Source: Cyanophora paradoxa CCMP329 (Eukaryota > Plantae > Glaucophyta). Taken from it: a stretch of DNA of 64,000 nucleotides. Below the pieces are notes generated by a model. That model was given only the letters and a program-made list of their open reading frames with translations. It searched no databases and was not told the origin of the DNA. The position numbers and the translations under genes were made by a program. Numbering within the stretch: the first letter of the stretch is position 1; every line of letters begins with the position of its first letter. Location: the NCBI GenBank assembly GCA_004431415.1, contig QPMI01000078.1, forward strand, positions 62,001 to 126,000. Reading direction: 5' to 3'. Of the stretch, positions 46,695-58,201 are shown piece by piece.

Positions 46695-47348
46695 CCGCGC
46701 GGCCGCTCAGCCAAGCGTCCGAATCAGACGATTCATCTGGGCTAGCGCCGGGCCCGCCGAGAGCCTCGATCGACTTCACGCAACACGACGGGCCGCTTCG
46801 AGACCCGCTCCGAGTCCGCAGCGGGCCGAAGACAGCGCTCCCGTTCTAGTCCGCCGAGCGGGCACACGGAGACTACTCTCGGCACTTTGGATCGCGTGCG
46901 CGTTACAAGAATGTGCTTTACGCCGCGCAGCGGTGCGGGGCTGCCGCGTACCTGGCCCACGCTTGAAAAGAGGGGGGGAGAATCAAGAGGGGAAGAAATG
47001 AGGGGGGAATAAACGAGGGGGAAAGCGCGGGAGAGGAGCGAGCTCGAGGAGATCTAGAAGCGAATTCGAAGGAGCACAGCTAGTTAGCTATCGCACATGC
47101 TGCTCGCGCATGTATCGATATATCGATGCGCTTGCGGCGTTCCATGCATGCAGCGATCAGCAATCGAGGGCGATGGAATGAAGCTCGAGGCCTAGGAGAG
47201 ATATAGAGAGAGCGCGGTCATCTAGAGAGGAGATCGCAGTCTGAGGAGCTCGAGGAGTAGTACGGCAATCGATACGTGCGCCGCGCCATGCAGCGCGCCC
47301 GCGCCCCGTTGCGCTGCGCCCGCGCGCCTGATCTCAGTGGTGCAGGAG

Positions 47349-47990
47349 CATGGACTACCTCGTTGCGGAAGTCGCGAGGGAGGCGCAGATCCCGAAGCCC
47401 ATCGCGCGCATCGCCGTCCTCGCCTGCATCAAGAGGCTCAAGGAGATGGTTCCTGGCCCATTCCGCCGTGCGCCGATCTGCGATCTCCGCAAGGCCCGCG
47501 CCGCCGCAAATCGCTGAGTTCCCGCGAGCAGAGCTCCTGGACCGCCTGCTGGGCGTTCCGAGCGGGAGCCCGGTCCCGCAGGAGCGCGACGAGGCCTCGC
47601 TGGCTTCGGAGGCGGAGGGCGCGCTGCGGAAGGACCCGCAGGACGACGAGACGCGCGCCGCCAACGCCCCGCACGGCTTCGTCCAGTCCCTGATCGAGCG
47701 GTGCGTCCTCTAGGCCCGGCTCGAGACGTTTCCGACTCTGCGAGCCTAGAGTCTGAGCTCAGTGCACGTGTGACCGTCGGACGCGTTTCGCGCGCAGGAT
47801 GACGGACCGGGAGACCGGTTCGGCCACGCCCACGGACGAGATCCTCGTGCGCCCGATGATCTGTCGATCGGTCGACGTCTCAGGCGAATTCGAAATCGGA
47901 TCGCCGCCGCGTCACTCATTTCGGGCCCGCAGAAGCAGCGGGAGGCGAAGGAGAAGGAGAACAAGGGGCTCTTCGGGGGCTGGGCGTAGG
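47349..47990 (+). CDS. Possible small hypothetical gene or gene remnant
   Basis: Exon-like peptides MDYLVAEVAREAQIPKPIARIAVLACIKRLKEM and ELLDRLLGVPSG..APHGFVQSLIER bounded by GT/AG; full structure unresolved. Confidence 0.35.
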
Positions 47991-48189
47991 GCAAGACTGT
48001 ATTTCCTGTGTATTCCTGTGTCGATCATACGTGACATAAGCTGCCTTAAGCTTTAGCATTGTATCTGCAAATATCTAAATCTGAGAGTCTCGAGAATGTA
48101 CATTGTATCTGCGAATACCTAAATCTGTATCTGATTTCACATATCTCCTAAATGAAATCTAGATCTAGCATCGCAAGAGAGCCGCGACT

Positions 48190-51100
48190 AGGCCCTGGAG
48201 CGGTAACGGAAGAATCTACAACAACAGAGAAGCGCGCGCGTGGCGCGCTTCGGAGAAAAAGAAAGGGAAAGGGTGGGGGCTGCCCTGAAGTCTCACGGGT
48301 ACGCTGTGGGGCGGTAGGGGCCGGCGGACGGGGCGGGGGGTACGGGTCGACGATGTTGACGACGTACGAGGGATCGGGGCCCAGGCTCGGGCCGGCCGGG
48401 GCGGCGCCGGCGGGGCGGGGCGGAACTCGGTGGGAAAGGCGGAGAGGGGCGGGGCGGAGGGGGCGGGGTACGCCCCGAAGGCGTAGGGTGCGGCCTGCGG
48501 CTGGGGGCCGGCGGCGGCGTCGTAGCGGGGCGCGGCGGAGGCGCGCGCGCGGCGGCGGCGGAGGACGAGGAAGGCGGCGACGGCCGCGGCGACGAGGACG
48601 AAGGCGGCGCCGCCGCCGGCGCCGGCGACGGCGCCGGCGGGGAAGCCGCCGGCGGAGGGCGCCGGGGTCGGCGTCGCCGTTGCCGCCGCGCTGCTCTTCT
48701 GCGTCGGCGTGGGCGCTGCGGGGCGGCGGCGGCGAGCCGTTAGGGAGATCGAAAGACGGGGGGTACAAGAAGCGCCGGGCCGGGACGGGGTCGCACCGGG
48801 GCCGCCGAGACCCTGCACGATCACGAGCGAGCGGACGTCGTACCCCGGCACGGAGAAGGCGGCGCCGGTACCCCCCGAGGAGGAGGAGGAGGATGCCTGC
48901 AGGACGGCGAGCACGGCGGCGGTGCTCGGCTGCCCGGCGTCCCCGCCCGAGAGCGGCGGCAAGATCCCTGCGCCGCTTCAGACGAGAGAGAGAACAGCGC
49001 GGTTCGGAGAGAGAGAGAGAAGGAGGGCGCACTGGTTGTGACGCGGAGGAAAGTGGCGGCGAGGGCGCGGCGGGCGGCGGCGGAAGGGACGGCCTCCACG
49101 GACTGGACGACGACGCGGGCCGCCTCGATGCCGAGCTTGCCCGCCAGCGCCGCCCCGAATCCGGCCGCGTCGAAGGACTCCGGCGAGTCCCCAACGACCA
49201 CGAAGGCGACGACGACTGCCCGCCAGATTTAGCTTTAGATTTGGATGCAGGGCGGGGCGGGGCGGGGAGGCGGGGAGGCGGGGAGGCGGGGATCGCACCG
49301 GGGCCGGGGGTGGGGCTCGGCGTCGGGCTCGGCGTCGCCGGGGGGCGCGAGGGCGTCGGCGCGGCCGTCGGCGCCGCCGGCGCGTCGGCCTGCGCGAGAG
49401 ATCAGAACTGGGGCCTGCTCCCAGAGGGGAGGCGGGGGGAGGGGGAGGGGGGGAGGGGGGGGGGGGGGGGGGGGGGGGAAGCGCACGGTGGGGACGGTGC
49501 GGGGGTGGGCGACGGGGTGCTCGAGGGGTCGGCGGAGGAGGACGGGCCGGCGGCGGGGGGCGCGGAGGAGGTGGAGGGCGTGGGCGTCGCCGTCGCAAAT
49601 GCGGGCGGCGGCGGCGGCGGCGGCGAGGGCGTCGGGGTCGCTGCGGGGCGGGGCGGGGCGGAGGTGAGAAACGAGCTGAAAGGCGGGAAGGCGGGGCGGG
49701 GCGGGGGCGGGGGCGGCGCACGGCAGAGGGCGGCGGGCGTGGCGGGCGTCACGGTGACGTTGAGGAGGAAGGGGCCCCCGGGGCAGACGTAGTTAAAGCC
49801 AGAGCCGAGGCAGCCCTGGGGCGCCTCCAGCACCTGCGCATACCGGCCCCGGCCGGGCCCTCAGCCTTCGCCTTCTTCATCTTCGTTGGCGAAGGGAAGG
49901 GCAAGGGGGGTACGGGCGCACGAGGACGCGCTCGGCGTTGGCGGGGACGGTGTGGGCGATCGCCCCGCCGCCGGACGGGCAGGCGCTGTCGTACACTGCG
50001 GCGGGCCGAGACACGTTCTTAGAGGCCTGGCCGGGCCGGGCCGGGCCGGGCCGGGCCGGGCGGACCGTTCTTGACGTCGACGCCGGCGGCGTCGGGGGCG
50101 AGGGGGCAGCCGTCCAGGAGCGCAACCCAGAGGCGGGTCGCCGAGGAGCACCCGGCGAAGGCAAAGGTCCGCTCGTAGGCGGCCGGCGGGAGGCGGAAGA
50201 GGAGCGAGGGGCGCGCGCTGCCCGAGAGCGCCGTTGTGCGGCCCAGGAGCCACATCATGCCGTTCGTGAACGAGTCGACGGTGCTCGGGACCGTCCTCGC
50301 GAGGACCGCGCTGCACCCGTCCACCGCCGGCAGCGTCGCGCAGCCTGCCGCCGCGTCGGCGGCGGGTTCGCGCGCACGAAAGAGTGGGGAGACTAGGGGC
50401 GCGCACGGGCGGCGGGGGCGGGGCGGCAGGTCGCGTTGTAGACCGTGAGACCGAACGTGCCGTTCTCTGGAGGGGGCGTGAGGAAGGGGACGGAGGCCGG
50501 CAAGCGGGGGGGGGGGGGGGGGGGGGGGGCCGCACGGGCGCTGACGAGGTACTGGGTGGCGGCGGCGTTGGCGGCCGCGACGCCGACCCAGCCCTCGACG
50601 ACGAGCCAGTAGGTGACGCCCGGCCGCAGCGCCGCTGTGAGCAGCGAGCCCCGCGAGTGCTTGCAGCCGTCGTCTGAAAGGAACAAGGGTCTGAGACGGG
50701 GCGGGGCGGGGCAGGTAACATTTCTGATACAGCGGCGGGGCCTGCCAGACGCACCGTCCTCTGCGACGGGGTCCGGCAGAATGGCGTCCGCGAAGGGCGA
50801 GCCCTGCTCCCGCGTTAGGGGGTACAGGAGATGTCGTCGAGGGGGGGCGGGGCGGGGGGTACGCGCGCCTCGTAGAGGTACATGACCGTATCGAACTCCG
50901 TGGCGCCGGCGCACGTGTCGAAGGTGACGTTCCTAAGGGCGCACGTGAGGCCGGGCCGGGCGGGGCGCAGAAAGCTGCCGAGGGGCGCACTGGGGCGAGT
51001 CGACGCGGATGGTGTAGAAGACCTCGCCGGTGCTGTTCGAGTGGGGCACCAGGTTGAGCCGCCGCTGCGCACCGGGCTGCGTCAGCGGGTGCGAAGGGCG

Positions 51101-54100
51101 CGGGCCTGGGCGGCGGGGCGGGCAGCGGGGCGCGCACGCTGTTGGAAGCGACGATGGGCGAGGCGGCGGGGGCGGCGCAGGGGACGAGGGCGGGCGGAAG
51201 GGGCAGGAGGGAGCCGGCCGAGGCGGGCCCGGCGAGGACGCTCAGAGCGAAGGCGCCGGTCGCCCCGTTGTAGCCCCCAACGACGGCGTAGTACGTCTGG
51301 CCATGGCGCGTGGGCGGCCGGCCGAGCGGGGCGGGAAGCAGGCGGCGGGCGGGCGGACGCACGCGGCCGGGGAGGAGGGCGACGGAGGGGATCAGGTCCG
51401 CAGAGCCCAGTGCGCCGCTGCCGGTCGCGTCAGAGGCGGCGGTTTCCCAAGGCGGAGCGTCGAGGGGGCGCGCCAGCCGTCGTCGTCGGAGGCCAGCGGG
51501 GCGGGTGCCGCGGCCCCGCCCTCGGCGATCGGGCAGCGGTCGTAGAGGGCCAGGGTCGAGTCATACGAGGCGGCGGCCCCGCAGGTCGAGAGCGCCACGA
51601 CCGTCGGAGTCGAGACGGCCAAGGCGAAGGCCGCCACGCCGGCGGCGCCGCCGAACGAGGCGCCGCCGGCCGTGCTCCCGGCCACGCGCAGCGGGAGGGA
51701 TGAGAGGTCCAGCCGCGTCGCAGCCCCGCAGCCTGCGCGGGTGCGCGCGCGCACGCCGGGCTCGCTCTGGTGCGAAAGCTGAGGCCTTGGCGCAGGGAGG
51801 AACGCACCGGAGCCGGCTTGGATGGCTACGGTCGCTGAGTCTTTAACTACGCCGCCGCCCTCGACTCGGACCTGGCCGCCGGGCGGGGGTGAGAGGCCGC
51901 GGAAGCGCAGCGGGGCGGGGGGAGGCGCGCACGACGTAGTTGCCTTGGACGGCGGGCACGTCGAAGGCGAGGGAGCCCGTGTTGGGGGCGCTCGCCGCCA
52001 GCGACACCGCCGCCCCGCCCCCCGCCGGCCGCAGGCTCACGCTCACCGCCGCCCCGCCCCCGGCGCTCTCCCACGCGACCGAGGCAGGCGCGCCCGCCGC
52101 CCACACCGCCCCCGGCAGCGGTGCCCACACCGACAGGGTGCCTGCATAGCCGTCATTTGCAGGCGGGAGCAGACCGGCGGGCCAGTGGGACGGAGGCGCA
52201 CGGCTCTGGTCGCAGGCGGGGCCGCCCCAGCCCGCGCTGCAGACGCAGCTGCCCCACGCGTTGCAGGCGCCGTTCACGCACTGCCCGCAGCCGCCGTACG
52301 TGCAGCCGCCCTCTGCGGCGCGCCTCGGACGCATGCGGCGACGGCGGCGAAGGACGTGCGGGCGGGGGGCGCACGGGGCGCGGAGGCGTTGAAGCGCGAG
52401 TGAAGGAGGGCGGCCGTCGTGCCGGGCCCGGCGCTAAGGTCCTTCGGGATCGCTCCGTGCGTGGCGGAGGCGAGGAGCGCCCGCTTCGTCTGCGCCCAGT
52501 CGGCCCCCGGGTTGCCCTCCAGGTACAGCGCTGCGCGGGCGGCGGGTGAGTGAAAAGACGGGCTAAGAAGCAAGGGGAAGGACGACGGGGCCCAACAACG
52601 GACCGGCGACACCAGAGACGAGCGGGGTGGCCATGGAGGTGCCGGAGAGGACCTTGGTAGCGATGCTCGACCCCACCCACGTCGACAGGACTGCGAAGGG
52701 GGCAGATCGGCGGGCGTCGGGCAGAGAAGGAGGAGGAGAAGGAGAAGGAGGAGGTGGCGAGGCGCACTGTCCGTGCCAGGGGCCATGACGTCGACGCAGG
52801 GCCCCCAGTTCGTCGCTGCCGGTGGCGCCCACCGTGATCGCCGGTCGTCGCTGCCGGTGGCGCCCACCGTGATCGCCGTCCGCGCAGACGCCGGCGACGT
52901 GAGGCACTGGGGGAGCAAGGAGCAAGGCAAAGGCAAAGAAGGCATTAGTAACGATGGTGGTTTGTTATTGCTAAGGGAAGCTGATAAAAGGCTTGGTTTA
53001 ACTAATGAGCTGGCCAAGAAGGCTCAGCCTTGCTCGAGGGCGGCGACGTGAGGCACTGGAGCACGTCGTTGAGAGCACGGCCAGGAGGGACCGCGCCGAG
53101 GGCGGCGAACAAGCGCACCGCGTCGACGTCCTCGTTGCCCGCCGCGACGACGGCCACCAGGCCGGCGTCCGTCAGCCTGCGCCGCGCCGTCCGTCAGGGG
53201 GCGGCGGGGAGCAGGGAAGGAGAGCGAGGAAGGAGAGGGAGGCGCTCGCGTACGTGCGGATGGCGTCGTTGAGGGCGAGCGAGTACTCGCCGCCCAGCGA
53301 CATCGAGACGACCGCCGGCTTCGTGTGGTTCTTGACTGCCGCCCGCGCCGCCTCTCAGAAATGGCTGGGCAAGCAGAGGCCCAGGCGGCGGCGCGCGCAC
53401 GGATGGCTTCGATGGCGTCGATGATGCCGGAGTCGCTGCCGCTCCCGTCGCAGCCGAAGACCCGCGTCGAGTAGACCCGCGCCCGCTTCGCCGCCCCGTG
53501 CGCCGCGCTCGCGATGATCCCCGCCCTGCCCCACCCCCGCGTCAGGCACGCAGCGCCCGCTTTGCAAGAGCGCATTGAACCCCGCCGCTCACACGTGCGT
53601 CCTGCGGGCGCGCGTGGATCAGGCTCGCGGTGCGGGCGCGGGCCGGGGAGATCTGGAGCGCTCGAGCGCACCCGTGGCCGTCGCAGTCGCCGGCGTAGCC
53701 GCCCTCGTGTGACTCTTTCTCCCAATCGAAGAAGCGGACGGCGCGGCCCCCGAACTCCGCGTGGTCCACGTTGATGCCCGTGTCTGCGCGCGGCGCCGGC
53801 GAGGGGGCGGGCGGGCGGGCGGGCGGGCGCTCATGATCAGGCGGCGAGGCGCGGCGGCCGCGGCAGGTAGAGGCGGGAGGCGCGCACCGACGACGTAGAC
53901 GCTGACGCCGCAGCCGGTCTGGTTGTAGTAGTAGACCCCGTCCAAGTCGTTGAAGCGCTGGTCCACGCGGTCCAGGCCCCAGGGCGGGCTCGCCTGCGCG
54001 CCCAGCGGCCGCATTCGCTTTGCCTTCTCCACGGAGAGGACCTACAAGCGCATTCAGCTGCGCGGCGGCTCCGGGCGCGGTCACGGGATGGCCTTCGCAC

Positions 54101-54548
54101 CCGCGGATCCTGCCGCAGCGCCTCGGCCACCGTCTCCGAGAGCACAGCGGAGAAGCCGTCCCGCTCCGGGCCAAACGCTTGCGACCAGAAGCTCGATATG
54201 CTCGCCGTCAGCGCCGGCGCGGCCCGCGCAGGCGCGTCCGCAGATGTCACGTGCACCGCGGCCGCCCGCGCAGCCACCGTCTGCCGCACGGAGCGGACCG
54301 CCTGCCGGGCCCCCGCCTCTCCGAGCTTGCTCTTCAACACCTGCGCACAACTGCTAAGCGCTAGAGCACCGTTGGAGCGCCAGCAGCGCTCGCACGACGA
54401 CGTAGGTCGCGGTAGGCTCGGCATTTGATCCCGTGCTGGCGCTCTCCTCCGGCGGAGACGCTGCTGATGCAAGCGCAAGACTCGCCAGCAATACCGCTAG
54501 CACGGCCAGAGCCTTGCGACCGCGCAATCTGCCTGCTGTGCGCTGCAT
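48190..54548 (-). CDS. Membrane-anchored multidomain subtilisin (S8A, proteinase K-like) with I9 prodomain, EGF-like, Ig/PPC-like repeats, SEA-like region and TM
   Basis: Signal ALAVLAVLLASLALASA; PWGLDRVDQR; catalytic VYVV-DTG, DGHGTHVSG, VAAGN, LSGTSMATPLVSG. EGF CVNGACNAWGSCVCSAGWGGPAC; STCG..YDSTLALY..DDDG..YYAVVGGY and FDTCAG..FDTVMYLY..DDGC..YWLVVEGW repeats; TM AFVLVAAAVAAFLVLRRRR. 3' end approximate. Confidence 0.92.
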
Positions 54549-54904
54549 TTCACTGCTCGGAGCTCACACGAGCTTAGCTGCTGCGGCTGGTTGTGCATGC
54601 GCTACAGATCGTGAGCTTCTGCATGCTTTTGCCGCTCCGCAAGCTGATCTGCACGCGTTCCTCGCTGAACACTACGTGTTGGTTCATTGAAAATTTCGGA
54701 CCGGCTGGCGCTTACACGTGCAGGGGGGCGGGCCAGACAAAAGCGGCAGTTGTCTGGACCCTGCAGCTTGCTCTTCGGCGCCGCTGGAGCGCTGGAGCAG
54801 CGCCAGAGCTGCTCGTTGGGGGGTACGGGACCGGCCCAGGGGTAGTGTCAGTTCGCCGAGGCCCAGCCCGGAAGTTCGCATCTCGCAACCCCAACACATA
54901 CAGA

Positions 54905-55781
54905 ATGAAGCGTGCGTTGCTCATGTGCCCTCCGCGGGCGTGGGGCAGTCGGGGATGCCCCCGCCACTCGCCAACGCGTTCTCACTGTTCCGCTCGCCGG
55001 CCCCTCGCGCAGTGTTCATTGATGTCTTCGCCGGTGCGTTCCCGTTCTGCTTAGCCACGCAATGACCCCTGACCGCTCGGCAGGCGACGAGCTCATCTCG
55101 GACGCCTACAACTGCGAGATCCCGGAGGGCTATGAGAACGTCATCTGGTATGTGAAGGGCAAGGTGAGAAGCTGCTTTCGCGCCGGGTCCCGTGCAGGTC
55201 TCACGCAAAGCGGGGGAGCGCAGAAGATCACCAAGACCATTGGCGAGATCAACATCGGTGGCAACCCGTCGGCCGGCGGCGGCGAGGGCGGCGAGGAGGA
55301 TGGCGATGAGGGCGTGGCGGATGAGGCCCAGCAGGTCATCGACATCGTCGATGCCTTCAAGCTCCAGGTTCGCGATGATCGCTCTTGGGGTTGGAGCACC
55401 GCGGGATCTGCTTCCTCTAACGCCCGCATCGCAGGAGTTCGCTCAGGACAAGAAGAGCTTCACCGCATGGCTTAAGGGCTTCAGCAAGAAGACCCTCGAG
55501 CACCTGAAGGACAGGAAGCCCGACCGCGTGGAGGCCTTCCAGAAGGGCATCCAGGCGTGGGCGAAGGACGCGCTCAAGAACTTCGACAACTTTGTCAACT
55601 TGTGAGGCCCTCCGCGCGCCCCGCGCAGCAGATCCCCGTGCTGAATCTCGCCCCGCGCAGCTACTACGGCGAGTCGATGAACATCGATGAGGGCATCCTC
55701 GTCCCGATGTTCTACAAGGACGGCGAGGTCGACCCGATCTTCATCTACTTCCCCGACGCCATGCGCGCGGAGAAGTGCTAA
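54905..55781 (+). CDS. TCTP: Translationally controlled tumour protein (TCTP); multi-exon with micro-exons at the start
   Basis: Spliced MKLFIDVFAGDELISDAY..IWYVKGK..INIGGNPSA..VIDIVDAFKLQE..DKKSFTAWLKGFSK..YYGESMN..FIYFPDAMRAEKC*. Confidence 0.97.
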
Positions 55782-56228
55782 ACGCACCCGCATCCTTCCT
55801 TCTCCATCTCCACCCTTCGGCTCCTCATAGGTTATTTCTTTTAGAAACTCGAAAACGGTTAAAAATGGAAAACAATCGTCGCCCCAAATCGTCTGCCCGC
55901 GCGGGTCTCGGGATGTGTGGTGCCAGTGCTGGGCTCCTGCTGGGCTCCTGCTGAGCAAGCCACAATGGGGGGTGGCAAGCGCGGAGTCATGCAAACGGGC
56001 ATGCGCACTCTCGTTAATTGCTCTAAGCCAAGGCGCATCGATATCGCTTGCCCGGTCTGCGCATTTGAGACAACAGTCCCCCCCCCCTCCGCAGTCAATT
56101 AGACGGGCCAGCGTGCGCTGCGAGCGCGCCGCGACAGCAGCAGTTCAGCTGCCGGCGGCTTTTTGAAACACTAGATCGAGCTGCAGCAGCGGCGGCGCAA
56201 TCGGTTTCGCCAGCCGCGTCGTGTCGCC

Positions 56229-58164
56229 ATGGGCAGCTGGGACCCCGACGCGCGCGCGCTCGATCTGAGCGGTGTGCAGCTGCGCTGCTGGCCGGAGGAC
56301 GAGCTCCAGCGGGTGGGCCACGGCGCCGTCCGGGCGCTCATCCTCGACGGGAACCCGGCGCTGGGCGCCGTGCCGTCCACCATCGCTCGCCTCGCATCCC
56401 TCGAGCGCCTCAGCGTCCATAACAACGAAGCGCGGCGTGGCGGCGCGGGCGGCGAGGGCGAAAAAGCGCCGGCGCCGCTGCGCGTCGCCCCCGAGCTGGG
56501 CGGCCTGCGCTGCCTGACGGAGCTCGACCTGCGCGGGAACGGGCTGCCGGAGGCGCCGCCGCTCTCCGGCCTGTGCGCCCTCGCGGTGCTCGACCTCAGC
56601 CACAACCGCCTCGCGGCGCTTCCCGAGGCGCTCTTCGAATTCGCCGGCGAGGGCGGCGGCGGCGGCGGCGGGCTCCCAGCGTTGCGCGCCCTGCGCGTGT
56701 GCGGGAACGCCCTCGCGGCCCTCCCCGAGAGCCTCGCGCGCTGCGCCGCCCTCGAGGAGCTCGCCGCCAGGTCCGCGGCCCGCGCCCGCGGCCCGCCGGC
56801 TTCGGTTGTGGCTGACGAGCACGCCGCGCGCTCGCCCGCAGCGACAACCGGCTGGCCGCCCTCCCGGCAAGCCTCGGATCGCTGCGCGCCCTGCGCCGCC
56901 TCCTCGTGGACGGGAACCGCCTCGAGTCGCTTCCGGCCGCCCTGGGCAGCCTCCCCGACCTCGCCCCGGCCGGGCTCGCCGCCCACGGCAATCCCCTCTC
57001 GGGCCTGCCCGAGCCCCTCCGCTCGCTTCCCCCCGGCGGGCCCCTCGAGAGCGCCCTGCTGATCCACGCCCGCTGCCTCGCCGCGGCCGCTGAGGCGCCG
57101 ACTTCGCCGGCTCCGGCGCCGGCCGAGGCGCCCTTCGAGGCCCTGCTGGGGTTCCTGTCGGCGGGGGACCCCCTCCCGCGCCCCGAAGCCGTCGAGCACG
57201 CCTGCATCTTCGTCAGCGGCAACTGGTGTACGCCCCCCGCCGCCCTCCCCCCCCCCCCCCCCCCCCCCCCCCCCGCGCCTCGCCTCGGACTCAGACTCGG
57301 ACTCAGACGACCCGCTCAAGGTCCCGCGCATCGCGGAGCTCGCCGCCGCCTACGCGCCCGCCCTCCGCGCCGTCTTCCTCGCCGGCGGTCCAGGCCCCTT
57401 AGCTTCCTGTCCTCTTGGCTTAGCACCCTTTCCTTTCCTTAGCAGCTATTTGGCACTGGGTATATTGGGATCTTGAATTATTCCGCGATCCACGTACTGG
57501 TGAACCAGCATTAGATTTACCTAAAATGTTTGGTATCCATTAGCTTCGATTCATTTCCTTTGCTTAGCGTCCTTTCCTTTCCTTAGCCGCGGGCGCAGGG
57601 ATCGGGCGGCTGACGTGCGCGGCGGCGCGGCGGGCCGGGGGCGAGGCCGTCGAGCTCCTGGCCCGCCTCCGCGCCGCCGCCGCCCTGCCCCCCGCCGTAC
57701 CCGTCCAGTGCGCACGGCCGCGCCCCTCTCGCCCCGTACCCCTCAATCGAACCTGATGAGAGCGTACCCAGGACCTACCTCGACGGCCTCCAGACGGGCG
57801 ACAACTGCGACTGGCTGCTCCGCACCCTCGCCGCCCGCCCCGAGGAGCGCTGGTGCGGCCTGTACCTGTACCCCCGACCTCCGTCCCCCCGACCGCCCCC
57901 CAGGACGGTGCTGGTGGTGGAGGAGCCGTTGCTCGTGCGGCGGGTGCGGGCCACCCTCGCCGGCCGCCTCGCCGCCGGGCCAGCCCCGGGCCGCTTCCTC
58001 GGTGCCTCGTACCCCCGGAGATCCCGCTACCCAACCCCCTCCCCCTCTGACCTTCGGGCGGGCGTGCAGACGTGCGGGTGGTGGCCTCGCGGGGGCCCGA
58101 GGGCCCCGCGGCGCTCGCGGCCGTCCACGCCGGCAGCGCCGCCCTCGCCTCCCACATGGCCCGT

Positions 58165-58201
<37 letters not shown>

